From Podarcis filfolensis (taxonomy: Eukaryota): 64,000 nt of DNA. The DNA lies in NCBI GenBank assembly GCA_964270895.1, contig OZ185443.1; one strand, given 5' to 3'. Position numbers and translations under genes: made by a program. Shown here one piece after another: positions 1 through 12,534 of the stretch (position 1 is its first letter; every line of letters starts with the position of its first letter). A model generated the notes under the pieces. The model saw nothing but the letters and a program-made list of their open reading frames with translations, was not told the DNA's origin and did not search any database.

Positions 1-1443
1 TTGATGCACACCCCTAATCCTTACATCTCTGTCTCAGAGTAAGCTCCAGCAAACCCAGTGGGACTTACTTCTGAGTAAGGAGAAAATATCTCTCTTAATC
101 AATATAAATAGAACCCATTCTAGCAGTTATCCATTTGAATTGGCTTTAAAATTATTATGAGAGTTAATTTCATTACAATGCACCATATTGCAACCTTTTC
201 TAATGGCAACCAACATGTCTCAGATGAAAATATTTACAAGCTTTTAGCACCTCTATTATAATACCAAGGATCAGTGTCTTGGTGCCGCCCATTTAAACTC
301 TTCTCCATCTGTTCTAGATTGTATTCATTACTCCTCAACAGCCTTTCCTGCAGTTTTAAAACCAAAAATGATGTTTGCACTTTCAGTTAAAGATATGCTA
401 GAAAAGCACAGTTGTCCTCTACAATCTGCTATACAAAATTAGCCGTAGTCAGGTGTGAATGGCAAGTTATGTACTGCATGAAGCATCAGTATTCATGTGT
501 GTGCCTTTACATGTATGCACACTAGACACATAGTGTATGCATGCCCATCTTCCAGCCCCGGCAAATATTTAGCTTTTGGACACTCTGCAGGTCTGAGGAA
601 CCCTGCAGATAAACCCTGAACTCTGAGGAACGACATCTCACCAACTGAATTTTATTGAGGCATCCCCAATCCCCAGTTAGGGGCAATGGCTTTCCAAGAA
701 GTAGTAGTGAAATACAGGGAGTCATAGTTCAGCTGGAAAGCACATACTTTGCACACAGAGGGTCCCCAGTTAAAATACCCAGATTGTTGACATCCATTTG
801 CCTTGATAGACAATGGAATGTGCCCCTTGGAATGAAATCAAACTGCTGGAGAATTACAGCACCTGCTATGGCTGCAGAGACTGGTAACTCATAACTGCTG
901 CCTCCTGCATTATTTTTGGTGCATTAGCAGCACCAAAGTGACCTCTTCATGGTGCAAGCCTAGGCAGTATGTATGGTGGTCCTGGGCTACCAAGATGACA
1001 AGACCCCACCCTCAGCCTCCTCTCAGGAAAACAGAGCAATACATTTGGCACCAGCTTGGCTGCAGGAGTAGCTGGAAGAGGGAAGGGTGTACAAGACACT
1101 ATCCAACTGTCTTAGGGACTCTACTCTGGATTTGTGTGGGATTTACTCCTTAGCCTTTTCTTTTCCCAAAGATGCTCCCCAAGGCAGCAGATAAGGATCT
1201 CTAGGTATGGCTGGAAAAAGACTCCTTTCTGAAACCCTGGAAAACCACTGCCAGTTAGTGGAGACAATACTTAGCTGAGTGGACCAATTGTCTGACTTGG
1301 TATGAAGCAGATTTCTATGTTCAAGTAGGAATGGATACATCAGTGTATTGTTGGTCACATCATTCATAAGTCCATTCCATCCCATTTCCACATTAATCTG
1401 CAAGTTTTTACAAAAGAAGCAACTGCATGAAAAATTGGATTTT

Positions 1444-1702
1444 CCGTATTTTTCGCTCTATAAGACGCACCAGACCACAAGACGCACCTAGTTTTTGGAG
1501 GAGAAAAACAAGGAAAAAAATATTCTGAATCTCAGAAGCCAGAACAGCAAGAGGGATTGCTGTGCAGTGAAAGCAACAATCCCTCTTGCTGTTCTGGCTT
1601 CTGGGATAGCTGCGCAGCCTGCATTCGCTCCATAAGACGCACACAGATTTTCCCTTACTTTTTAGGAGGGAAAAAGTGAGTCTTATAGAGCAAAAAATAC
1701 GG
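1444..1702. mobile_element. Tc1/mariner-superfamily (Tc2/pogo-type) MITE
   Basis: TIRs CCGTATTTTTCGCTCTATAAGACGCAC ... GTGAGTCTTATAGAGCAAAAAATACGG, with TA at the 3' flank. Confidence 0.85.
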
Positions 1703-2514
1703 TAAATACAATTTTATCTTCAAGTTCACATTTCTTTTTTTTTGTAAATAATTTTTATTCATTTTCCTTTTTTTAAAAAAAACCATTCATATTAATGACA
1801 AATCAAACCAAATCTTTCCACATTCAAAAACAAAAAACAATATAGCCAATTATATAATCCGAATTAATTAATTAATTTTAATGGGACTTCCCATGTTCTG
1901 GATTTCAAGAGCTAAATGTCCATCCTTTATCTTTCTGCTATCTTCTTTTTTACTACACAATTTTCAAATCCTGATATTGACAACCTCCTCTCTTGATCAA
2001 TCAGTCGCTGGTATAACTCTCTATCTTGTTTTATTTGACCATTCCTTATTTCTATAATCACGCAGGGGGCTTTTTCCACATTGTTCTCAGTCTTCAAGAG
2101 CATTTGACTGCAAGTTCACATTTCTAAATGTATTTCATCCTAAAATATGCATCTCCGAGGCATTTTGATACTTTGTTTGAGCTGAGAACTGCATCACGAC
2201 ATTCAGATGTGTGAAATCTGAAGTATAATTATGTTCCAATCCACACATTAGCAAGGGAAGTAAGGATCAGATCAGTTTGCACTGGAATTCACAGAAATCA
2301 AATTCTTCAAGAGTATCTAGGCAAGTCTAGGAAAGACACCTGGCTGAAACCCTGGACAGCTACTGCCAGTCAGTAGAGACAATAAGGAGCTACTTAGGAT
2401 AAGGGAGCTTCAAATGCTCATATATGTACACCCAATTTAGGAGAGAGACAATACAAAGATTATACCTTCTAATTTAATACTCCTTGCCTCTTTGACCCAA
2501 ACAGAATTGGGATT

Positions 2515-2650
2515 CAGGTAGGTAGCCGTGTTGGTCTGACACAGTCAAAATAAATTTTAAAAAAATTAAAAATGTCCAGTAGCACCTTAGAGACCAACTA
2601 AGTTTCTTCTGGGTATAAGCTTTCGTGTGCATGCACACTTATTCAGAATT
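2515..2650 (-). mobile_element. Penelope-like element terminal fragment carrying a degenerate hammerhead motif
   Basis: GGTAGGTAGCCGTGTTGGTCTG...AGCACCTTAGAGACCAACTAAG...GCTTTCGTGTGCATGCACAC resembles squamate Penelope-type termini as I recall them. Confidence 0.65.
2613..2650 (-). ncRNA. Minimal type I hammerhead ribozyme relic (probably inactive)
   Basis: Minus strand reads AATT-CTGAATA-A-GTGTGCATGCACAC-GAAA-GC-TT-ATAC, a CUGANGA/GAAA core with a palindromic stem II. G8 is replaced by U and stem I is degraded. Confidence 0.55.
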
Positions 2651-2829
2651 CCAAAAGGAATTGGGTGATGTACACAGGAGGTTGTCTCTTGCCCATCCCT
2701 GCTTCATTTTATGCCCAGCTATAAAAGGTTCAAGATTCTTTGCTTTTTCTGTATCTGCTTACCTGAGCAACTACTGGTGGTTTATACATCATAATACGAT
2801 GCTGCCTTTATAATTACCTTTAACAACCT

Positions 2830-3302
2830 GCTTCAGTCAGCATTTGACAGTGAAGACACACCTTCTCCCACCCAGGCTTTTCCAGATAGTTAAAGCTGGA
2901 TGCTGCCTTCTGTAAATTATAATGCTTTATTGCACTTATGTACTTTTTACTGATGTTTTTAGTAGTTTGATGATTTAATTGTTTATTTCTGTAATAGTAT
3001 TTTTTATTTTCTGTACACTGCTTAGATATATTTTATATATTAAGCAGTACAGAAATGTTGTTGTTGTTGTTTAGTCGTTTAGTCATGTCCGACTCTTCGT
3101 GACCCCATGGACCAGAGCACGCCAGGCACTCCTGTCTTCCACTGTCTCCCGCAGTTTGGTCAAACTCATATTGGTAGCTTTGAGAACACTGTCCAACCAT
3201 CTCGTCCTCTGTCGTCCCCTTCTCCTTCTGCCCTCAATCTTTCCCAACATCAGGGTCTTTTCCAGGTCTTTTCAGTACAGAAATAGTCTTAAATAAATAA
3301 AT
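2830..3302 (+). mobile_element. L2 LINE 3' end (split by a BovB insertion)
   Basis: GTGAAGACACACCTTCTC..CAGGCTTTT L2 ORF end and an AAATAAATAAA tail after the BovB TSD. Confidence 0.6.
3057..3272 (-). mobile_element. BovB (RTE) LINE 3' fragment
   Basis: Reverse complement of the BovB ORF end and ACGACTAAACAACAAC tail. 12-bp TSD CAGTACAGAAAT (3045-3056, 3273-3284). Inserted in an L2 3' tail. Confidence 0.9.
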
Positions 3303-6085
3303 ATGGACTTGCCCTGGTAAGTGGGGATAGCTGGAGCATATGTCTATGCAGTATCTTGATGCTGACAATGGTGGGAACCAAATACAAGGACTGACAATGT
3401 CACCTAATTTCCTCTACCAACCCTATAAGAAGTGCACAGTCATGCATCAGTACAACACAGAATCCTTATCATGACTCCAAAGCTACTATGAAGCTTATAT
3501 TCTTTCTTTTTTGCATTATTTAATAAAAAAAATATAGCTGGAGCTTTGAAACTGCTTGCTTTCAAGTCTGGCAGAATGTACTATTCCATTCCAACCTGAA
3601 CGGGAAATTGGTGTGTACTCCTATTGGCAGAAGTGCTGCATTAATGTGGAGCAATCAGCAGGTAGACTATAAAAAGCCTGCACAATATTGTGGCACGATT
3701 TCGCCGCCCACTGGTTCACAACATTACCTTAATGTTACACCATTATGTAATGGAGCTAAAGCCAAAGCACACCGCCAGGAAGCTCAAAGTCATAACATAT
3801 TCTGCAATATTCTACCAGATGGTGATCCAGCCGCTGAACTTTTGGCTGGCCCTTCAATTGATCAGACCAACCAACCTTAGATTTATTGCACTCTTCAGCT
3901 AGCCTCACATGATTATCAGAGTTACTCTTTTGACACCAACTACTCAAGTTCTTGGAAGACCTCAACTATCTGGAGGTGAGGTTAGGTCAAACATAAAATA
4001 TTATGGCTTTTTTGTTGCATTTTTTTAAACAATGCCGGTTCTCTCTGGGTAGTACTTATCATTAGATGTTAATCATGTAATGCTAAGAATACGCCACAGG
4101 TGCACAAATAGTGCCGTAATGTTCCAATGGGTTTTCTTTTTATAGCTGTCAATCTGCTAAAATGGCAAGTGGTCATGTAGCATGATTGCCAATAAAAACG
4201 GGATGCTTTCTTGTACACAAAGCTATTTAGTGCCAAATGGGCTACAAACTAGCTGGTATATTCTTGGATAGGCTACATTTTGGTTTAATCCAACATTAAA
4301 AGCTTCCTGCCTTTTAGTCTACAAACCCTACTAGCGCCTACTGCCTATACAGGGTATATAGATTTGTATACAGCCTGTGGCTATGTGCAAAAAGGAGAGA
4401 AAAAAACAGTTGTCCAATAGTAAACTCTGTATGATGTTGAGGGAGCACTAGCTATTGGGTATCTAACAAATATGGTTAGTAAATGAGTAAGTCAGTAATA
4501 AAAGAAAGGAGCTACCAAAAGAATTGGGACTCATTGAGAGTCTTATGATAAGAGATTGAAGATTTCTGATCAAGGGGTAAGCAAAAATAGCCTCTACAGG
4601 TTCTCCACCCTATCTGCAGCAACATCCCCCCCCCCAGGAGTGAAGTATGCTGAGTATTTTGTAGGGGAGAGGGAATTCTCCAACTGTTTCTTGCCAGGGT
4701 GTTTCATCACTAGAAGCTTGGGAGACACAGCTTTTTCCCCCTGGGAAATATAAGAAGCAATCCCATATGGAGCTAGATCATTGGTAAATCTGGCACAGCA
4801 TTGTCAACACTGACTCACAGTGTCTCTCCACTGATTCAAATGGAAGTCTTTCCCAACCTTTATCTGGAGATGCTGCAGGTTGAATTTGTACGGTAAAGAT
4901 ATGGGATTTCAAGTTATAATGAAATGATAAATCAATATATAATTTCAATATATAATGACTGTCAACTTGGACAACTTTTAAAGGGGTCTAGACAAGCTCA
5001 TGAAGAACTGGCTACTAGTTGCGATGGCTGTGTAAGCTTGGGGGGGGTGGCGGATCCAAAAGCTGCACTGATCCATGATAAAGCCTCTTGGGGGCACATG
5101 TCACCAATTCTAAAATATTCTTAAAGGGCACATCTTGGAGATTGGGAGGGTCATAAGAAACTTTTGCCATCATAAAATAACATCTGGGTACCTGTGGAAG
5201 TGAACAGTTAAAAACTACATGAAAAAACAATTACAAAAAATAAAAAGGACAAATAAGAGAAGGGGTAGTGTGTTGGGGAGCCATAAAAAAACCTGTTGGG
5301 ATCGCAACATCCTTGTCTGGTACAACCAGTTGAGAGAAATCTGTTTTATAATTAAAAAAAAAACTCTTAGAGAAGGAAGAGGTTGTATGCAGCCTCTGGA
5401 TTTCAGGCTAAGTGCCTTGGGAACTGCTTGCCAATATAGCCATTATGAGCCCTCTGGGTTCACACACAGCTACAAACGTAGTTGAAAAGGTTTTTGGCTT
5501 CATATAAGGGCACATGTGGTCCTACACTAGAATCTTTAAATGCAATCCTAAATTATGACACAGGTAAAGAAAACTTGACCGCAAAATAAAAAGTATTTTT
5601 TAAAGTCTTCTGTTTTAATAATAATTATCATCATTCCCGTCATCCATAGGCCTTTAGTGCAGCATGGAATCCCAAAATATTTGGCCCTTCATGATAGGAT
5701 AAAGGAGATGGGTAGTAAATATACTACATTAAAGCACCGGATTGATTATGAATTTCCTAAACTGAAAAGGGGATTTATTTTCTCAGCACATTCTCCTTGC
5801 GTCTTCCCACTGTCAACTTGACAAAGATGTATGTTATTAATTGACACTCTTCCTGGAAAATAAAAGCAAACACATTTTTCATCTCCCTCTTCAAGTGCAA
5901 ATGCTCCAGTTTCACTGAGGGTATGGCAGAAAGCATTAAAGATTTAGACTGCTATTCTATATACACTGTGAGTGTGCCCCATTGAAACAGTCAGCCTAAT
6001 CCAAATGTCAAGCCTGATTGGAAAACATAAGTCTGAAATTTTAAACACAGGCAGCTGCTGTCCAATCACCATCCAAACACTAGAG

Positions 6086-6220
6086 CAGGCTCCCTCAAAC
6101 TGAGCCCTCCAGATGTTTTGGCCTACAACTCCCATGATCCCTAGCTAGCAGGACCAGTGGTCAGGGATGATGGGAATTGTAGTCTCCAAACATCTGGAGG
6201 GCCAAGTTTGAGGAAGCCTG
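6086..6220. mobile_element. hAT-type palindromic MITE
   Basis: CAGGCTCCCTCAAACT ... AGTTTGAGGAAGCCTG with a perfect 8-bp TSD CACTAGAG (6078-6085, 6221-6228). Confidence 0.9.
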
Positions 6221-6245
6221 CACTAGAGGTTGAATAGTGCTAACC

Positions 6246-6381
6246 CAGGCATCCCCAACCTTCGGCCCTCCAGATGTTTTGGACTACAATTCCCATCATC
6301 CCTGACCACTGGTCCTGTTAGCTAGAGATCATGGGAGTTGTAGGCCAAAACATCTGGAGGGCCACAGGTTGGGGATGCCTG
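6246..6381. mobile_element. hAT-type palindromic MITE, related family
   Basis: CAGGCATCCCCAACCT ... AGGTTGGGGATGCCTG with an imperfect 8-bp TSD (TGCTAACC/GGCTAGCC). Confidence 0.85.
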
Positions 6382-8302
6382 GGCTAGCCTATCTCCACCA
6401 CTCACCCCTACTCTACTGTGCCACAGTTTATGTGCACATGTGACCTCAATGCTCCTCTGTAAAGGAAAGCAGAAATGCATCCAGGCAAACTTTGATTTAT
6501 TCTCTTGCACTGGTGCTGGCTCCAGATCCATTTTTATACAACTGTTTTTAAAAACCATACCATATACATGCATTTCTCTGCCATTTTCCAAAATGGTGTT
6601 GTGAATACATGTGCAAATTCAGTAGGCACTGCTATTGCTTAGGGACAACATTGCAAAGCAGGGCAGAAGAAGGGACTTTTCAGACAATAATGTGTTTGTG
6701 TAGTGGCTACTTGAGAAGAATGCACACAGCAGTCCTCAACCTGAGGGCAAAATGGGCATGTATGTCTACCACTATGCAAAGTTTGGCTTTCCAACATGCA
6801 CTGGCAAGTGATGCTTCCCTAGCACTTTCTGTCATGTACTGAACACCAAACACCTATGCATGGCAGCACCTTCAGATCATTATTTTCAGGCTTTTAAAGG
6901 GACCACTATGTCCCCAGGTGGTTATAATAAGGCCCTAGTCATGAGGCAAAGGGTGAAGAAAACACATGAGAGAGTCAATGGCAAATATTAGCAGGAAAGT
7001 AGGCTAATAGTGAGCCTACTTTCTAAAATACTAGCAGCCTAAGCCAAGTGTTTATGGTAATACATTATAAGTGCTTCCAAGACATAGCTTAATTGGATTT
7101 TATCCAGTCTCCTTTTGCTAGTACTACTTATCGGGCACTTAAACTTCCTGTTTTGTGGGAAGGAAGCCTTCCATTAGAGTGATAAGAAAGAACAAACACT
7201 GTTATAACCACACAGAGAGAGAGAAGCTAGAAGAGCAGTGCACTTGTATGGAGAGTATAAGACAAACAAAATGAAATAAGTGAAAAGAGAAACCATAATG
7301 AAGGGTCTGCTATATAAATTAGCATACCACAGATTCAGAGCTGTCTCGGGTCACTGCTGTATTTCAGAGGTATCCTAATATACGTAGTACTTGGCTGAAA
7401 AGGCAATTCAGCAAAATGTTTTTGATTAATCAGTTCAAGACTAGATCATAGTCTAAAAATAGTCCTCTCATTAAGACCTGGTCACTCCAGCTCTGTCACT
7501 GCTACAGGACTGACATGCTCCTTTTTTGTTATCTCCCTTCTCGTGTACTTTCCTCGGTTCCACATCTATTAATAAAAAAGGTGCTGGCCACTGCAGAACA
7601 ATTTACAGTCTATCTGATATCAAGCTGAAGGCAGATTAAAAATGAGGGGGTGGGGAAGAAGGACTAGAAGAATTAACACTTAGATGTAAAATTCTCTATG
7701 AAATTCATGCTGGAATTTGTCTTATTTAAATAAGAGGACAACATGTGAAAATCTGATATTCAAACTAAAATACTTAGGTGCCTTCTATTGAATCAGAGCA
7801 TTGATCAGTGCTGGCCCAGTATCATGTGCTTTGTCTAATTCAGACTAGTAGGGACTTTCTCACAGAGCCTGCTTTAAGTCAAGGGTAGATAACTTTATTT
7901 TCAGTCCAAGGACTACATTCCTTCTTGGTCTAGAGGGTGGACACCTGCCAATGGTGCCCATAGCCAAGACAAAAAAGGGTGTGGCTGCCAACATACAAAC
8001 AGTATGCATGCTACACATACCACTCACATCCACTTCCACCACTTCAATTGGGGCTGAAAAAATAATAATGAAGGCTAATTCCTAGAGGGTATTGATCTTC
8101 CTGAGAACTTTATCATTTCTTCCTCAGCTGTACTCTAAAAGTAGACTGACCTCCCGAAATCCCTGCATTTAGGCTTAACTGTCCTATTCTGATCTGATAG
8201 AGGATTCCATGGAGCAAGGCAGGTGAGAAGTAGCAGCACCATGGATAGCTCCAAGTGAACAACTTGCTGAAACAAGTTGAATCCAAACTAAACCTTGGAA
8301 AG

Positions 8303-8438
8303 CAGTGTTTTCCAAACTTGGGTCTCCAGCTATTTTTGGACTACAATTCCCATCATCCCTGACTACTGGTCTTGCTAGCTAGGAATGATGGGGGTTGTAG
8401 TTCAAAAACAGCTGAAGACCCAAGTTTGGGAAACACTG
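8303..8438. mobile_element. hAT-type palindromic MITE
   Basis: CAGTGTTTTCCAAACTTGGGTCT ... AGACCCAAGTTTGGGAAACACTG, with the same internal core as 6086-6220. Confidence 0.85.
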
Positions 8439-9005
8439 TTCTAAAGTCTCTGGCCTTCACTACCTTCCCCGGACTCAACCTACTTGTGGAGAAACTAGAT
8501 CTTGAAGGGCCTGAATACAGGCACTTCTCCTATGCTCTGTAGCCTCTTGCCTGGTGTGTGCTGGCGAGGTACCATGGGAAGCCCTCGGTTTCTCAACCTC
8601 AGATGCCTTTGAAGGCCCTAGCTCTAAAAGCCTGGTTCAATGGGAGGTTGTTCTATGGAACAGCATGCTCCAGCAGCATGCTGAGTCCTGAATCTGGTCT
8701 GACTTCTTAGCTAATACCTCTCCAGCCTCTGACATCAGGGATCATGACATTAACAAAGCTCTAATAAAAACCTAATTGTGTCATGGGGCATTTTTGAGGG
8801 GAGAGCCACAGTGCTTAGGGAGGAGAAAGCTAAGCCTAGTTGTTTCACACGGACCCCTGAAAACATCCCCATCATGTCATTAGGTTGATCAATGGAAGTG
8901 ATATCACTTAGACAGTTACATTCTTTAAAACAGCACCCCACAAATTGCATTTAATAGTCTATATTTTCATGAAACAAGGTAGATCATCCTCCTCTAATTC
9001 ATGAC

Positions 9006-9051
9006 AAGAAGAAGAAGAAGAAGAAGAAGAAGAAGAAGAAGAAGAAGAAGA
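9006..9051. repeat. (AAG)n microsatellite
   Basis: About 15 perfect units. Confidence 0.99.
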
Positions 9052-11426
9052 AAACACTTGGCCAATATACTTTATCACATTGCTGCAGGTCTAGGTTTAG
9101 CCTACTAACAATGTTGCTGCTGTGATCAAGTGTGAATGTCAATGACACAATTCCCATTTACAGGGTAAACTTTGAGTATAATCACCAGCAATTCAATTCC
9201 AAATTATAAGTAGTAGAGTCCAAATCTTAAAACCCAAGGCTGCATTCCTATACACAATTGCCTGGGGATAAGTCTCATGTAACTTAATGGGACTTCCTGA
9301 GGTGAATGCTTGCATAGATTGTCATGATAGATGTTTATATGGATGTCCCAAAACAGCCACACTTGCAACTGGAGAAGACTACAGTATTTTAATGAGTGAT
9401 ACTGTAATGCATGAGCCAGTAAGCTGCTACCATTCACTCAGAAGGATAAAAAAATGTATACAATAATCAATAAAATAATAGTATAGTGGGCCAGCCTTGT
9501 GCTTTAAATCATTTTTCTTATCTTTAGACCAAACTGCAGAAGTAGAGATAAGGACTTGCTCTAAGATGTGGTAGTTTGTGGGGGAAACGAGCCTCAGACT
9601 GTTTTGTAGTTCTTGGTGTGTGCTTTTAATACAGTTATTTTACTGATCAGTTAAAGTGTCAAGTTAATTAGCTGAATAAATTGAATGGTGTGAAAGCCTC
9701 ACCATAGGGGGAAAAAACTGGGAATGCTGAATTGTGATATATTGATGATTGTTTCCCACCCCGAATCTGCACAAATGTTACATGATTGTGCTAGTATTGT
9801 TGTGCAAAATTTTAAAATAAAATTGATATATTGAACAAATATGTAATAAAGCCTAAGGAAACTATAGCACTGCTACACTTCTGGAATGAGCTCTCTTATT
9901 CCTCTTAATAGAGCAATGATGCTGAGCTGGTAAAAATAATCATGTAAACCATGCCATCATCTCCTAGTTATGCAACCCCTCTCACATTTGCTAGTGCTTT
10001 GGTTTAAGTTTTCTGTAAGTAAATTTGTAGACATCTTTATAAACCCTAAACTCTGTGAGCTACACTGTAGGCTACAATGGTATCTATCATATCTATGTTC
10101 TATCTCCTGCAACCGCCAGCCTTTCAAAAGCTCTGCTTTTTTAAAGGAATACAAGTATAACTACACAAATGGTGCAAGTTTGCTTTTTTCACACAAAGAG
10201 AGGAGCCACTGACCTGTTGTTATAGTTCTTTCTTCTGCCATCATGTGGGCTCAGGGCTCAGTTGTTTCTGCTCTCCACAGATATAAATAATAACATTATT
10301 ATTATGAGCCCTCACATTTATTTCAAGACCACAGCAGTGTTCAGTCATTCAGTGCTCATGAGTGGACTTATGAGAATATGGATGGCTTAGCCCCATTCCC
10401 TGGATGCCAATGCCCACCATGCCCCCATCTTATGGGTGAGCAGGACCAATCTGAATGGGGCCTACAGACATATAGCAGTATGTTCATGGGAGCCTCTCTC
10501 TGCAGGCCCTGGGAAGAAAGAAAAAATGCTTACATCTGCATGCACATTGGCACCTTTCAGATGAATTCAAATCACATCTTGGTGAGGGGGCAGCTGTGTT
10601 GGCCTCTAGCAGGTGGGTCTCAGAAGCCTGTACACATGTTTGATGCCCACAGGTACCAAACATCTGAAAAGGGCTTATGAGGCATGTTGGAAGCATTTGG
10701 TGAATTTGTGCAGAACAGCTGGTTACAGAGCAAAGGCATGTACATTTCAAAATTTGACATGTTTTCCACCCCACCTTTAAGGCCACAAAATCTCTATCTT
10801 TGTTGTGTACGAACACATCTGTATAGGAAGAAAACGAGACAACCATGCAGCCAAAACTGGTTCACAGGACCATTCAGAGGGGAGCAGGAATCAGATAGCA
10901 TGTCTCTGTGAGCAATATCCTTGTAGGATGAAATGCTTTAGAAGCTTCCACAACTGTAGTAATTCAAGCATCTTAAGACTTTATTCTCTACAGGGGATAA
11001 AAGCCAAATGAATATTCTAGTTGGCTTGGTAGTTAGATTTTTAATTACTTATTTGTCTTGGGAAATGATTCAAGAGCCAACCTTAATGCTTTGCACTGTC
11101 ATGTTATGGAATTGCTTCCCTATGCTGCCATTGGACCAGATAAGGAGGGGATGGGTTGCTTTTATCTTTTTTCTTTCTAGAGCTGAGTGAAAACTCTTCC
11201 ATTATTATTTGTTCAGGGGTGTTTTGTTTGTTTGTTTGTTGTTTTAGGAAAGATTGGAGGGATGCTTAGTATTTGGTTGCAACATCAACTTAAACTGCTT
11301 TTCTAATTGAGCAACTACTGTATGTGGTAATAATAACGATAGTCACAGTGACTATTTTCTGGGAGCTACCATAAAGGCCCATTGCCACTGAATGCTCTTC
11401 AATATGGCAATGGCTATAGTGGAAAT

Positions 11427-11747
11427 GCAAGAAGATCAAACCTATCCATTCTTACGGAAATCAGCCCTGAGTGCTTACTGGAAGGACAGATCCTGAAGCT
11501 GAGGCTCCAATATTTTGGCCACCTCATGAGAAGAGAAGACTCCCTGGAAAAGACCCTGATGTTGGGAAAGATGGAGGGCACAAGGAGAAGGAGACAACAG
11601 AGGACAAGATGGTTGGACAGTGTTCTCGAAGCTACCAACATGAGTTTGACCAAACTGCAGGAGGCAGTGGAAGACAGGAGTACCTGGCGTGCTCTGGTCC
11701 ATGGGGTCACAAAGAGTCGGACACGACTAAACGACTAAACAACAACA
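11427..11747 (+). mobile_element. BovB LINE 3' fragment
   Basis: Translates as ARRSNLSILTEISPECLLEGQILKLRLQYFGHLMRR...KSRTRLND, has a (CAA)n tail and an 11-bp TSD ATAGTGGAAAT. Confidence 0.95.
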
Positions 11748-12276
11748 ATAGTGGAAATAAATATTATTTGATGTCAGCAATCCCAGGACTTGTCAAAGGC
11801 ATTGGGGACATGTTTTAGCCAACTGCCCTTTGAATTCAAGTCTGCTTGTGGACCTGTCCAGGCATCCTTGCGCACACACCCTTTGGTGATAAACATCATG
11901 TGGAAAGAGAGTGGGGTACGGTATAGTTGCCCCACCTCCGCTGCCATGTCCCCTGCCAGCCTCATCCCCATGTGTTTGTCCATGTGTTTGAAGCACTTCT
12001 GCAGAAAAGAACCCCACTGAATCTGCACAGGTTGTGCCTATGAGCTGGAACCATGAACAATCAATCTATGCCCTTCAGTAGGCTTGCCCTGTGCAGATGT
12101 GCCCCAATGCATGGACAACATGGGAGCAGGACCAGCAGGGATTTGTTGGCAAGGGTTTTGTGTGTGTTCCTGCTCTCTTTCCATACCAAGTTCATCATTT
12201 GGAGGTAAGAATGCCTATATTGGATTTCGTGGGCTATTTAAAAAGAAAAATTAGCATCTTGTAGTAAACCTAGGTA

Positions 12277-12534
12277 CAGTGGTACCTCGGGTTACATACA
12301 CTTCAGATAACATACGCTTCAGGTTACATATGCTTCAGGTTACAGACTCCGCTAACCCAGAAATAGTACCTTGGGTTAAGAACTTTGCTTCAGGATGAGA
12401 ACAGAAATCATGTTCCGCCGGCGCAGCAGCAGCAGAAGGCCCCGTTAGCTAAAGTGGTGTTTCAAGTTAAGAACAGTTTCAGGTTAAGAACGGACCTCCG
12501 GAACAAATTAAGTTCTTAACCCGAGGTACCACTG
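12277..12534. mobile_element. Tigger/pogo-like MITE, copy 1
   Basis: TA-CAGTGGTACCTCGGGTTA ... TAACCCGAGGTACCACTG-TA, with internal CTTCAGGTTA repeats. Confidence 0.9.
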
